Shown: positions 18,756-28,363 of the stretch, piece after piece
Numbering within the stretch: the stretch's first letter is position 1
Layout: every line of letters starts with the position of its first letter
DNA from: an uncultured Thermoleophilia bacterium
GTDB lineage: Bacteria > Actinomycetota > Thermoleophilia > UBA2241
Assembly (NCBI GenBank): GCA_963715985.1
Contig: CAVQSP010000010.1
Coordinates: 128,001-192,000, forward strand
Direction: 5' to 3'
DNA length: 64,000 bases
The notes under the pieces: generated by a model
Seen by the model: the letters and a program-made list of their open reading frames with translations, nothing else
Databases searched by the model: none
Told to the model about the DNA's origin: nothing
Made by a program: the position numbers and the translations under genes

Positions 18756-18940
18756 GAGACTGACCCACCGGTGCTGCGGCAGCTCACTCCCCCGCTGCCG
18801 CGCCGGCCCGGACGCCCGTGCACCACCGCATGGGCGTCCGGGCCGGACGTCGTTCTCCGGCCGGCCGACGCAGACTCGGCTGCCGTGGGGCGCGGCCCCG
18901 GCGCGGGCGCCCCTGAGCGAGTCCGTCATCCAGGAGGTAC

Positions 18941-18965
18941 TTGACTAAGTCATTGACTTAATCAA
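18941..18965. promoter_or_regulatory. MarR operator overlapping the promoter
   Basis: TTGACTAAGTCA-T-TGACTTAATCAA, a 12-1-12 inverted repeat with one mismatch, 11 nt before the marR ATG. Confidence 0.65.
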
Positions 18966-18976
18966 TGATATCTTGC

Positions 18977-19492
18977 ATGGATGACGCGACGCTGCGAGAC
19001 GATCCTGAGTCGAGCCCGGCCACGTACGACGAAGGTCTGTTCGAGCACGAGGCCGGTGGTCAGTACCTGCACCTGATGCGCGAGGTGCTGCTCACGTTCC
19101 GGCTGCTCGTGCGGCGGTTGTCGGAAGAGCTGGGCGTCTCCGGTGCGCAGTTGGCGCTGCTGCGTCAGATGGCGCTGGCGGGCGGCCGGTCGACGACGTC
19201 GGCACTCGCACGTGAGCTGGCCGTGGACCCGGCCGCTGTGACGCGGCTGGTCGCTGGGCTCGAACGCCTCGGGCTTCTCGGCCGCGAGCAGGACGAGCGA
19301 GACGGGCGCCGGCGTCCGGTCGTGCTGACGCCCACCGGACGCCGCCTCGTCGTGGACTTCCACGCGTCCTTGCACGAACGCGAGTCGGCACTCGTGGCGG
19401 AGCTGGATGCGGATTCCGTGGAGACGACGATGCGCGTCCTCCAGACGATCAGAAGCATGCTCGAGTCCGGCGCCTCCGGGCGCCCAGCCTGA
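18977..19492 (+). CDS. MarR-family regulator
   Basis: LGVSGAQLALL...LARELAVD.AAVTRLV.GLE..GL..R..D.RDGRRR.V.LTPTG. Confidence 0.9.
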   Translation: MDDATLRDDPESSPATYDEGLFEHEAGGQYLHLMREVLLTFRLLVRRLSEELGVSGAQLALLRQMALAGGRSTTSALARELAVDPAAVTRLVAGLERLGLLGREQDERDGRRRPVVLTPTGRRLVVDFHASLHERESALVAELDADSVETTMRVLQTIRSMLESGASGRPA

Positions 19493-19512
19493 GCTCGACC
19501 GAGGAGGCTGTC

Positions 19513-19917
19513 GTGATGGCCCAAGGCGAACATCGAAGCGCACACCCACGGACGGGGATCCCTCACGCCGCGTCGTCCGGCGCCTGGGACAAGCGCTCCT
19601 TCGTGGCGACAGGAGCCCTGCTCTCCGGCTCTGCACTGCCGCTCACCGGGCTGCTCGATCATCTGGTGGGCGGTCCGTCGGCTGAGGCTGCCGTCGGATG
19701 GTCCATCGTGCACACGTCTCTCGGCGCCTTGTTCGCCGCGTTCTGCGTGTGGCACGTCCTCCTGAACCGCAAGGCACTGCTGAGGTATCTGCGTGCGTCG
19801 GCAGCGGGCCATGTGATGCGCGGCCGCGCTGCCCCGTCACGTGAGATGGTGGCGGCGATGGCGCTGGTCGGGGGTGTCCTCGCCGCCACCGTCCTTCACG
19901 CCCTGGTCGGGGGGTGA
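19513..19917 (+). CDS. DUF4405-like small membrane protein, possibly cytochrome b-like
   Basis: TM helices with His pair WSIVHTSLG...VWHVLLN.K. Confidence 0.55.
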   Translation: MMAQGEHRSAHPRTGIPHAASSGAWDKRSFVATGALLSGSALPLTGLLDHLVGGPSAEAAVGWSIVHTSLGALFAAFCVWHVLLNRKALLRYLRASAAGHVMRGRAAPSREMVAAMALVGGVLAATVLHALVGG

Positions 19918-20183
19918 TGGCCGTGAAGACGGCGAAGGAACGTGCTCGGCTGCGTCCACCCTCGCACCACCGTCGCGGGGAGACGAAGTTCGTCGCGCTG
20001 GACCGCCGCGCCTGTGAGGCGTGCTGGAAGTGCGTCGACGCGTGCCCCAAGGCTGTGCTCAGACGGGTCGAGGTCGGCCCGCACCGGCACGCGGCCCTGA
20101 GGTCGCCCGACGAGTGCACGGGGTGCCTCGCGTGCGTCAAGGCATGTGAGACCGGCGCGCTCGCGCCCCTCGCCGCCGGGTAG
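19914..20183 (+). CDS. 2x[4Fe-4S] ferredoxin
   Basis: CEACWKCVDACP and CTGCLACVKAC. Confidence 0.85.
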   Translation: MMAVKTAKERARLRPPSHHRRGETKFVALDRRACEACWKCVDACPKAVLRRVEVGPHRHAALRSPDECTGCLACVKACETGALAPLAAG

Positions 20184-20252
20184 ATCGCCGCGAGGCGGCG
20201 ATTGGCCACGCCAAGGTGCTTGCGCGTGCACCCATTGGGGCACACTCGGCTC

Positions 20253-21824
20253 ATGACTTCGAACACGACGTCATCCCAGACCCCTGACGCCGCGTCGCAA
20301 GAGCAAGCCGTCGCGACCGGCCCAACCCCAGGCGGCGGCCTGCGCCTGAAGACCGCGGCCGGCAGGTGGGTCATCTTCGCCACGGTGCTGGGTACCGGCA
20401 TCGTGTTTCTGGACGGCACCGTGGTCAACATCGCCCTGCCGACCATCGGCCGGGACTTCGGCGCCAGCCTCGAGACGCTCCAGTGGACGGCCACCGCCTA
20501 CCTGCTCACGCTGTCGGCGCTGATCTTGAGCGGCGGCTCACTGGGCGACCGTCTCGGCCGCCGCCGCATCTTCGTGGTGGGCGCCCTGTGGTTCGCCGCG
20601 GCGTCGCTGCTCTGCGCGCTGGCGCCCACTGCCGGCGTGCTCATCGCGGCGCGCGCCCTGCAGGGTGTCGGCGGCGCGCTGATGACCCCGGGCAGCCTGG
20701 CCATCATCCAGGCCTCGTTTCACCCCGACGATCGTGCGCAGGCCATCGGCCTGTGGTCGGGGCTGAGCGGCGTGGCGCTCGCCATCGGGCCCTTCCTCGG
20801 CGGATGGCTCATCCAGGCGGCGTCGTGGCGCCTGATCTTCCTCATCAATGTGCCGCCGATCGCAGCGGTGGTCTGGGTCGCGCGGCGGCACGTGCCGGAG
20901 ACGCGCGACCCGAACGCCACCGGGCGGATCGACGTGGCCGGATCCGCCCTCGCCGCGCTCGGCTTGGGCGGGCTGATCTACGGGCTCATCGCCGGTCCGA
21001 ACGCCGGCTGGACTTCGCCGGCCGTCCTCGCTGCCCTGATCGGCAGCGTCGTCGTACTGGCCGCGTTCATCGTCCTCGAACTGCGGCGCCCGGACCCGAT
21101 GCTGCCGCTCAGCATGTTCCGGGTGCGGCAGTTCTCCGGCGCCAACCTCACGACGTTCGCCGTGTACGGCGCGCTGGGCGGCGCCCTCTTCCTCGTCCCT
21201 CTGCAGCTGCAGCAGGTGCTCGGCTACTCGCCCCTGGCGTCTGGGGTGGCGCTGCTGCCCGTCACCATCGTCATGCTGCTGCTCTCCGGCCGGGCCGGGA
21301 AGCTGTCTCAGCGGATAGGGCCACGCCTGCCCATGACGGTCGGGCCGATCGTGGCCGGGGCCGGCCTCGCGCTGCTCTCGCGCGTGGGCCCCGGCGCCAC
21401 TTACATGGGCGCGTTCCTGCCCGCCATCATGGTCTTCGCATTCGGCCTGGTGCTCACCGTCGCGCCCCTGACCGCGGCAGTGCTCTCCGCCGCCCCCTCG
21501 GCGCACGCCGGCGTCGCCTCGGCGGTCAACAACGCCGTGGCGCGCGCCGCCGGGCTGATCGCCGTGGCGGCGCTGCCGGCCGCCGCGGGCATCACCGCAT
21601 CGAGCTACACCGACCCGGCGGCCTTCTCCGCCGGCTTCTCCACCGCGGTGCTGATCTCCGGCGGGCTCGCCGCCGTGGGCGGCGTCATCGCGTTCGTCAC
21701 GATCCCGCACCAGGTCGCCGCGCACCGCGGCGGGGCCGTCGAGCCTGCCTCCGCGCCGCCCGAGCCCGCATGCGCGCTCGAGGCACCGCTGCTCACTCCC
21801 GACTGCGCCGGCTGCGAGGCGTGA
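20253..21824 (+). CDS. DHA2 MFS permease
   Basis: FLDGTVVNIALP, GDRLGRRR, about 14 hydrophobic segments; Cys-rich C-terminal tail. Confidence 0.9.
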   Translation: MTSNTTSSQTPDAASQEQAVATGPTPGGGLRLKTAAGRWVIFATVLGTGIVFLDGTVVNIALPTIGRDFGASLETLQWTATAYLLTLSALILSGGSLGDRLGRRRIFVVGALWFAAASLLCALAPTAGVLIAARALQGVGGALMTPGSLAIIQASFHPDDRAQAIGLWSGLSGVALAIGPFLGGWLIQAASWRLIFLINVPPIAAVVWVARRHVPETRDPNATGRIDVAGSALAALGLGGLIYGLIAGPNAGWTSPAVLAALIGSVVVLAAFIVLELRRPDPMLPLSMFRVRQFSGANLTTFAVYGALGGALFLVPLQLQQVLGYSPLASGVALLPVTIVMLLLSGRAGKLSQRIGPRLPMTVGPIVAGAGLALLSRVGPGATYMGAFLPAIMVFAFGLVLTVAPLTAAVLSAAPSAHAGVASAVNNAVARAAGLIAVAALPAAAGITASSYTDPAAFSAGFSTAVLISGGLAAVGGVIAFVTIPHQVAAHRGGAVEPASAPPEPACALEAPLLTPDCAGCEA

Positions 21825-22444
21825 GCACCGCCGTCGGCATCCTGCTCTACGACGGCGTCGAGCTCCTCGACCTCGCCGGCCCGTACGAGGTCTTCACCGT
21901 GGCGTCGCGCGTGCGTCTGCTCGCCGATCCGGCCGGCGCTGAGCCCTTCACGACGTTCACTGTGGGCAAAGTGGCTGGCCTCGTGCGCACGCACGCCGGC
22001 CTCCTTGTCGCCGCGCAGCACGGCATCACCGACCACCCCGCCATCGACGTGCTCATCGTCCCCGGCGGCGATGTCGACGACGCCCGTGCGGACGTGGCGC
22101 TCGCTGACTGGATCTCCCGCGTCGCCGCCTCGTCGCAGCTCACCGCGTCGGTGTGCACCGGCGCCTTTCTGCTGGCCGACGCCGGCCTGCTCGACGGGCG
22201 CGCAGCCACCACGCACTGGATGGACGTGGACGACCTTCAGGCGGCCCGCCCTGCGATCCGCGCGCTCAGGGACGTGCGCTGGGTGGACGAGGGGCCGGTC
22301 GTGACCGCGGCCGGCATCTCGGCCGGCGTCGACATGAGCCTGCATCTGGTCGAACGTCTGGCCGGCCGCGAGCTGGCCGTGGAGACGGCTCGCTACATGG
22401 AGTACGTCTGGGACGAGGACCCCAAACGGCCGCACGCGGAGTGA
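21821..22444 (+). CDS. DJ-1/PfpI-family protein
   Basis: GVELLDLAGPYEVF, LIVPGG, ASVCTGA, TTHW, AGISAGVD; GTGA overlap with the MFS stop. Confidence 0.88.
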   Translation: MSTAVGILLYDGVELLDLAGPYEVFTVASRVRLLADPAGAEPFTTFTVGKVAGLVRTHAGLLVAAQHGITDHPAIDVLIVPGGDVDDARADVALADWISRVAASSQLTASVCTGAFLLADAGLLDGRAATTHWMDVDDLQAARPAIRALRDVRWVDEGPVVTAAGISAGVDMSLHLVERLAGRELAVETARYMEYVWDEDPKRPHAE

Positions 22445-22481
22445 GGCGCCGCCGCCGATCGCGCGACTCGGCGCGGGCCGG

Positions 22482-22901
22482 TCAGTCCGGCAGCGGAGCC
22501 GTGTCCCACTTGGACGGCGCGAACGCCACTCCGGGCTTCGCGCCCACCACGAACATCACGGTGCCGGCCTCGCGCGCCACCACGCCTCTCACGGTGGCCG
22601 GGTCGGGCACGTAGAGGAGCGTCCCGGCCGGGGCGTCGATCTCCGCGCCGTCCACGCGGTAGGTGGCGTGGCCGCTGACGATGAGGAAGAGCTCCTCGTG
22701 GCCCACGCTCGCCTCGTCGTGATCGTGGGTGAGCACGTCGCCGGCCTGGCCGGCACGGGCGATGTTGGTGCCGAACGAGCCGATGCCGAAGTACCGTCGC
22801 ACGGGCTTCCACTCTGTGGTGGGGTGCTCTTCGTCGGGCTCGACGGGCAGGTCATCGATGTGGATCACGCTGTACGCCGCGCGCTGCTGGTCGTCCGTCA
22901 T
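22482..22901 (-). CDS. Cupin-domain protein
   Basis: HDHDE...HEELFLIVSG.A.Y.VDG...PAGT; GGAGG RBS. Confidence 0.75.
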   Translation of the reverse strand: MTDDQQRAAYSVIHIDDLPVEPDEEHPTTEWKPVRRYFGIGSFGTNIARAGQAGDVLTHDHDEASVGHEELFLIVSGHATYRVDGAEIDAPAGTLLYVPDPATVRGVVAREAGTVMFVVGAKPGVAFAPSKWDTAPLPD

Positions 22902-23017
22902 GGTGCCTCCAGGAGTCCGGTCACGGGGTACCTCTCCTATCTTGACCGTGGTCAAACGGCAGCTGGCGGGGCTGTCCGCGGGGAATGAGGACTGTGGAAC
23001 ACGGAGAGGAGACCATC

Positions 23018-23570
23018 ATGCCGGCCGGCCCGACAGACGAACTCAAAGAGGAGCACATCCTCGTTCTCATGGTCGTGGAGGCGATGGAGCGGGAGGTGAC
23101 GTCCATCCAGGAGACCGGTCGTGTGCACGCGGACAGGGTCGCGCAGATGATCGACTTCACGAGGAACTTCACCGACGGCTACCACCACTACAAAGAGGAA
23201 CGGGTGCTCTTCCCGGTGCTCGAGGAGCGCAGCCGCGCCGGGGCAGGTCAGGTGAGCGTGCTGCTCAGCGAGCATGACGCAGGACGGGAGTGTGTGAGGG
23301 CTGTCGTCGACAATCTGCCCGAGGGCGAACGAAGACGAGGCGGCGCGCAAGGCGGTGGAAGAGAACCTGGGCCTGTACGCCTTCCTGCTGCGGCTGCACA
23401 TCAACAAGGAGGACACCGTCCTCTTCCCCCTCGCCGACGAGGTGCTCAGCGATCAGGAGTCCGAGATCATGGCCGGGGACTTCGCCCGTGCCGAAGCGGA
23501 GAGCGGCTCCGGCTCCCCCGAGCGCTTCCACGCACTCGCGCACTCGCTGGCGACGCCGCCGCGAGATTGA
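23018..23570 (+). CDS. Hemerythrin/HHE-domain protein, frameshift near 23325
   Basis: LKEEH.L, DGYHHYKEE.VLFP, EHD.GR / LRLHINKED.VLFP. Confidence 0.8.
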
Positions 23571-23694
23571 ACCGCCGCAGGTGGATCGACGTGAGGTGAG
23601 GCGTGGCCGCACCTCACACCTCCCGGGATGTTTGAGGATGGCGTACGGAGGTACGAGGACGTAACCTGTCCTCAATACCCCCCGGGAGTACCCG

Positions 23695-25368
23695 ATGAGC
23701 GAAGAGCTTTCCTCGACGTCCACCGCCACGGCCGAGGCCGCTCTGGCGGACGCCGAGGAGATGGACCGGGCGACAAACGTGCCCCGCCATCTGACCCTCG
23801 CGCTGGTCGTCATCGCCGCGGCCCAGCTGATGATCGTGCTGGACGCCACGATCGTGAACGTCGCGCTGCCGCACATCCAGCGGGCGCTGGGATTCAGCGG
23901 CACCGGGCTCGAGTGGATCATCACCGCGTACTCTCTGGCCTTCGGCAGCCTGCTGCTGCTCGGCGGCCGGCTGGGCGACATCTACGGCCGCCGCCGCATC
24001 TTCATCATCGGCGTGGTGGTCTTCGCGGTAGCGTCGTTCGTCGGCGGCTTCGCCACCACCGAGTGGTGGCTGCTGGCCTCGCGCGCCGTGCAGGGCGCCG
24101 GCGCGGCGCTCGCCGCTCCGACGGCGCTGGCGCTCATCGCCACGACGTTCCCCATGGGCGCGCCCCGCAACCGGGCCCTCGGCGTGTGGGCCGGCATGGC
24201 CGGCGCCGGCGGCGCCATCGGCCTGCTGCTGGGCGGCATTCTCACCACGTACGTGTCCTGGCGCTGGGTGCTCTTCGTCAACGCGCCCATCGGGCTGACG
24301 GTGGCCATCCTGGCGCCGTTCGCGCTTGTCGGCACGCCGCGGCTGCCGCGCCGCCTGGACATCCCCGGCGTGGTGACCAGCACGGCGGGCCTGGCCTTGC
24401 TGGTGTACGGGCTGACGCACGCCGCTGCCGGCCAGGACGGCGTGTCTCACTGGGCAGACCCCGTCACGCTGGCGGCGCTCGGCGCCGCGGCCGTGCTCCT
24501 CGTCGGCTTCTTCTTCATCGAGCGTCGCGTGCGCGAGCCCGAGCTGCCGCTGCACCTGCTCAAGTCGCGGCGCCGGTCGGGCGCCTACATCATGATGCTC
24601 GTCATCGGCACCGCCATGTTCGCCGTCTTCTTCTTCCTCACGCTCTACGTACAGACGGTGTGGGGGTACAGCGCCGTCAGGGCCGGCGTCGCCTGGCTGC
24701 CGTTCCCCATCAGCCTGATCGCCATCAACATCTTCGTGGCCCGGTATCTGGTGACGCGCGTCGGGGTGCGGCCGCTGCTGCTGGCCGGCCCGCTCTTCGC
24801 CGGGGCCGGCTTCATGCTCCTGTCGCGACTGAGCCCGACCGGCAGCTACTGGACCAATCTGCTCGGTCCCATGCTCGTGCTGGCGCTCGGCATGGGTCTC
24901 ATGTTCGTGCCGCTCACGCTCATGGTGGTCGCCCACGTCCGCCACGACGAGGCCGGCGCCGCCTCGAGCCTGCTCAACATCGGGCAGCAGATCGGAGGCT
25001 CCATCGGCCTCGCCGCCATCGGCACGATCGCCTGGACCTCGGTGGCCAACAGCGTCCGCGACCAGATGGCCACGGCGGCCGCGGCCGGCGCCACGGCGGC
25101 GGGAGGCGCGGCCCCCGCCGCCGGCTCGGCTGCCCAGGGCGCCGCGTCCTTGCCGCAGGCGGTGCTCTTCCACGGCCTTACCGTGGGCTTCTCCACCGGG
25201 CTCGTGATCGCCGGCTGTGTCGCGTTCAGCGGCTTCTTCGTCGCCCTTGTGGCGACGCGGACGCCGGGCCGCTGGCGTCTGTCCTCGGCCCGGTACGACG
25301 TCACTCCGCCGTGCGACGAAGTGCTCGGCACGTGCCTCGCCGAGGTGGCGCTGGAGCCGCAGGCCTGA
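23695..25368 (+). CDS. DHA2 MFS permease
   Basis: AQLMIVLDATIVNVALP, GDIYGRRR, about 14 hydrophobic segments. Confidence 0.9.
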   Translation: MSEELSSTSTATAEAALADAEEMDRATNVPRHLTLALVVIAAAQLMIVLDATIVNVALPHIQRALGFSGTGLEWIITAYSLAFGSLLLLGGRLGDIYGRRRIFIIGVVVFAVASFVGGFATTEWWLLASRAVQGAGAALAAPTALALIATTFPMGAPRNRALGVWAGMAGAGGAIGLLLGGILTTYVSWRWVLFVNAPIGLTVAILAPFALVGTPRLPRRLDIPGVVTSTAGLALLVYGLTHAAAGQDGVSHWADPVTLAALGAAAVLLVGFFFIERRVREPELPLHLLKSRRRSGAYIMMLVIGTAMFAVFFFLTLYVQTVWGYSAVRAGVAWLPFPISLIAINIFVARYLVTRVGVRPLLLAGPLFAGAGFMLLSRLSPTGSYWTNLLGPMLVLALGMGLMFVPLTLMVVAHVRHDEAGAASSLLNIGQQIGGSIGLAAIGTIAWTSVANSVRDQMATAAAAGATAAGGAAPAAGSAAQGAASLPQAVLFHGLTVGFSTGLVIAGCVAFSGFFVALVATRTPGRWRLSSARYDVTPPCDEVLGTCLAEVALEPQA

Positions 25369-25528
25369 CCGAGCCGCTCTATCTGGACGATCTCGCCGCC
25401 GCCGGGCGAGCGAGGCCGAGGCGAGATAACAGGACTGTATTGAGTCCGGTATTGGGCACAGACCACGGTATGCAAGTGCCGTGGCCACGACCTCCTCAAG
25501 GCCGCGGCGGAGGCGGGAGGAGGACACC

Positions 25529-26485
25529 GTGAAGATCTTCGTAGCCGGCGCCACAGGTGTGGTGGGCCGCCGGCTTGTGCCTCTGTTGGCGGAGGCCGGC
25601 CACGACGTGGTGGGCCTGAGCCGGAGCGAGAACGGGACGGCCGACCTTGCGGCGCGAGGAGTGCGCGGCGTGGTGGGCGACGTGCTCGACCACGAGCGCA
25701 TGCTGGAGCTGCTCGACGACGAACGGCCGGACGCCGTGGTGTTCCAGGTCAGCGGGCGGCCGCGGATGCTCGGCCCCGGGCGCACACAGGCCCAGTTCGC
25801 GCGCAGCGTGCTGGTGCGTACGGTCGGTGCCCGCAATGTGGCGGAGGCGGCGCGTGCCGCAGGCACGCGCCGCATGATCGCGCAGAGCTACGCGCACATC
25901 TACGCGCCGCAGACGGGCTGGGTGAAGCAGGAGAGCGACCCCCTCGACCTGGATGAGGACGTTCCCTCAGGACGCCGTCGCAACGTGGAGGCCGTGGTCG
26001 CTCTGGAGAGGGCCGTCCGGGAGACGCCGGGCCTGGAAGGCGTCGCCCTCCGGTATGGCACGCTCTACGGACCCGGTACGACGTTCGCGGGCGGCGGCTC
26101 GCTGGCGGGGCAGGTGCGGATCCGCCACTACCCGATCGTGGGCGGCGGGACTGGCTGGACGTCGTTCCTCCACGTCGACGACGCCGCACAGGCGGCCGCG
26201 CTCGCTCTCGATGGCCCGCCCGGCACCTACAACATCTGCGACGACGAGCCGGCAGCGATGCACGTGTGGCTGCCGCGCTATGCCGCAGCGCTCGGGGCGC
26301 CGCCGCCTCGATCCGTACCGGCGCTGGCCGTGCGCGCGTTGGGCCGCGAGCACTTCGCGTTCCGCTCCACCGAGCAGCGCGCCGCCGACAACCGCTGGGC
26401 GCGCGCGCATCTGGGTTTCGCTCCGACGTATCGCACGTGGCGCGAAGGCTTCGCCGCCGATTTGGCGCGGGAGGCCGCCGCGTGA
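25529..26485 (+). CDS. NAD-dependent epimerase/dehydratase
   Basis: KIFVAGATGVVG, LRYG.LYGPG, FLHVDDAA, YNICDDEP. Confidence 0.88.
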   Translation: MKIFVAGATGVVGRRLVPLLAEAGHDVVGLSRSENGTADLAARGVRGVVGDVLDHERMLELLDDERPDAVVFQVSGRPRMLGPGRTQAQFARSVLVRTVGARNVAEAARAAGTRRMIAQSYAHIYAPQTGWVKQESDPLDLDEDVPSGRRRNVEAVVALERAVRETPGLEGVALRYGTLYGPGTTFAGGGSLAGQVRIRHYPIVGGGTGWTSFLHVDDAAQAAALALDGPPGTYNICDDEPAAMHVWLPRYAAALGAPPPRSVPALAVRALGREHFAFRSTEQRAADNRWARAHLGFAPTYRTWREGFAADLAREAAA

Positions 26486-26946
26486 GCGAGTCGGTCTGGG
26501 ACTACCCGCGCCCGCCGCGGGTCGAAGCGAGTACGCGGCGGATCCGCGTGGTGCTCAACGGAGTCACCGTCGCCGACACCACGCGGGCCTTCCGCGTGCT
26601 CGAGACCAGCCACCCGCCCGTCTACTACATCCCGCCGCACGACGTGCGCGGCGAGTACCTGCGGCCGAGCCGCCGCAGCACGTTCTGCGAGTTCAAGGGG
26701 CAGGCGAGCTACTATGGCCTGGAGGTCGGCGGCCGGGTCGTAAAGGACGCCGCCTGGTACTACCCGGACCCGGTCCCGGGGTACGAGGCGATCCGGGACC
26801 ACCTCGCCTTCTACCCCGGCCGCGTGGACGCCTGCTACGTGGACGACGAGCAGGTGGCGCCCCAGGTCGGCGACTTCTACGGCGGCTGGATCACCGCCGA
26901 CATCAGCGGGCCGTTCAAGGGCGGTCCGGGCACGACCGGCTGGTGA
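26482..26946 (+). CDS. DUF427 protein
   Basis: ESVWDYPRPP, VLETSHPPVYY, FCEFKG.A.Y, FYGGWIT..I.GPFKG. Confidence 0.9.
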   Translation: MSESVWDYPRPPRVEASTRRIRVVLNGVTVADTTRAFRVLETSHPPVYYIPPHDVRGEYLRPSRRSTFCEFKGQASYYGLEVGGRVVKDAAWYYPDPVPGYEAIRDHLAFYPGRVDACYVDDEQVAPQVGDFYGGWITADISGPFKGGPGTTGW

Positions 26947-26972
26947 GACGCGGGAGGACGAGCGGGAACAGA

Positions 26973-28321
26973 ATGATGGACGACCTGCTGAACGCGACAG
27001 CCGACCGCGCGATCCGCTACCTGAAGGGCCTGGCAGAGCGGCGAGTGGCACCTGACGAGGCGGCGCTGGCGCGGCTCTCACGCTTCGATGAAGGCTTGCC
27101 GGACGAGCCGGACGATCCGCGAGCGGGTCATCGCCCTGCTCGACGATGTCGGCTCTCCGGCCACGACGGCGACGGCGGGCCCGCGCTTCTTCGGCTTCGT
27201 CATCGGGGGTGCGATGCCGGTGACCGTCGCCGCCTCGTGGCTCGCCACGGCCTGGGACCAGAACGCCGGCGCGTTCACCGCCTCGCCCGTCGCGGCGACG
27301 CTTGAACAGGTGGCGCAGCGGTGGCTGGTCGACCTCTTCGGTCTGCCGCAGACGACGGTGGCGGGGTTCGTCACCGGCGCGACGATGGCGAACTTCTCGG
27401 CGCTCGCGGCCGCACGGCACGACGTCCTGGCGCGAGCCGGATGGGACGTCGACGGCCGCGGCCTCGCCGGAGCGCCGCCGCTGACGCGTGGTCGTCGGCG
27501 AGGAGGCGCACCCGTCGTTGCACAAGGCGCTCGGGCTGCTCGGCATCGGCCGCCAGAACGTGGTCCGGGTGCGCGACAGACGGGCAGGGCGCCATGCTCG
27601 CGGACGCGCCTGCCCTACCATCTCCGGCCCCGCCATCGTCTGCACCCAGGCCGGCAACGTGAACACAGGGGCGTTCGATCCGGTGGCGGAGGTGGCAGAG
27701 GTCGCGCACGCGGCCGGTGCCTGGGTCCACGTGGACGGCGCCTTCGGCCTGTGGGCGGCGGCCGCGCCCGGCCGCGCGCACCTCGTCCGCGGCATCGCCG
27801 CCGCCGACTCGTGGGCCACGGACGCGCACAAGTGGCTCAACGTCCCCTACGACAGCGGTCTCGCCTTCGTGCGGGACCCTGAGCCCTTGAGGGCCGCCAT
27901 GGGCGTCACCGCTGCCTACCTGCCCGACAGCATGATGCGCGAGCCGTCCGCGCACTCGCCCGAACTCTCCCGGCGCGCCCGCGGAGTAGAGGTCTGGGCC
28001 GCGCTGCGCGCCCTGGGCCGCTCCGGCGTCGCCGACCTCGTCGAACGCGATTGCCGCCACGCGGCGCGCTTCGCCGAGGGTCTGCGCGCCGCCGGCCACG
28101 AGATCCTCAACGACGTGGTCCTGAACCAGGTGCTGGTCTCGTTCGGCGACGAGGAGACGACCCGCCGCGTGATCGCCGCCATCCAGCAGGACGGCACCTG
28201 CTGGAGCGGAGTCACGGTGTGGCGCGGCCGCACGGCCATGCGCATCAGCGTGTCGGGGTGGTCGACCACCGAGGAGGATGTGGAGCGCAGTCTCGCGGCC
28301 ATGCTCCGCGCGGCGGGGTGA
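26973..28321 (+). CDS. PLP-dependent group II decarboxylase with several frameshifts
   Basis: GPRFFGFVIGG, WDQNA, AGNVNTG.FD, WVHVDGAFG, SWATDAHKWLNVPY. Confidence 0.8.
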
Positions 28322-28363
28322 GCGGGCGAGGCCGAAGGGCCTCGCCGCTTGCCGCTCCGGCTC

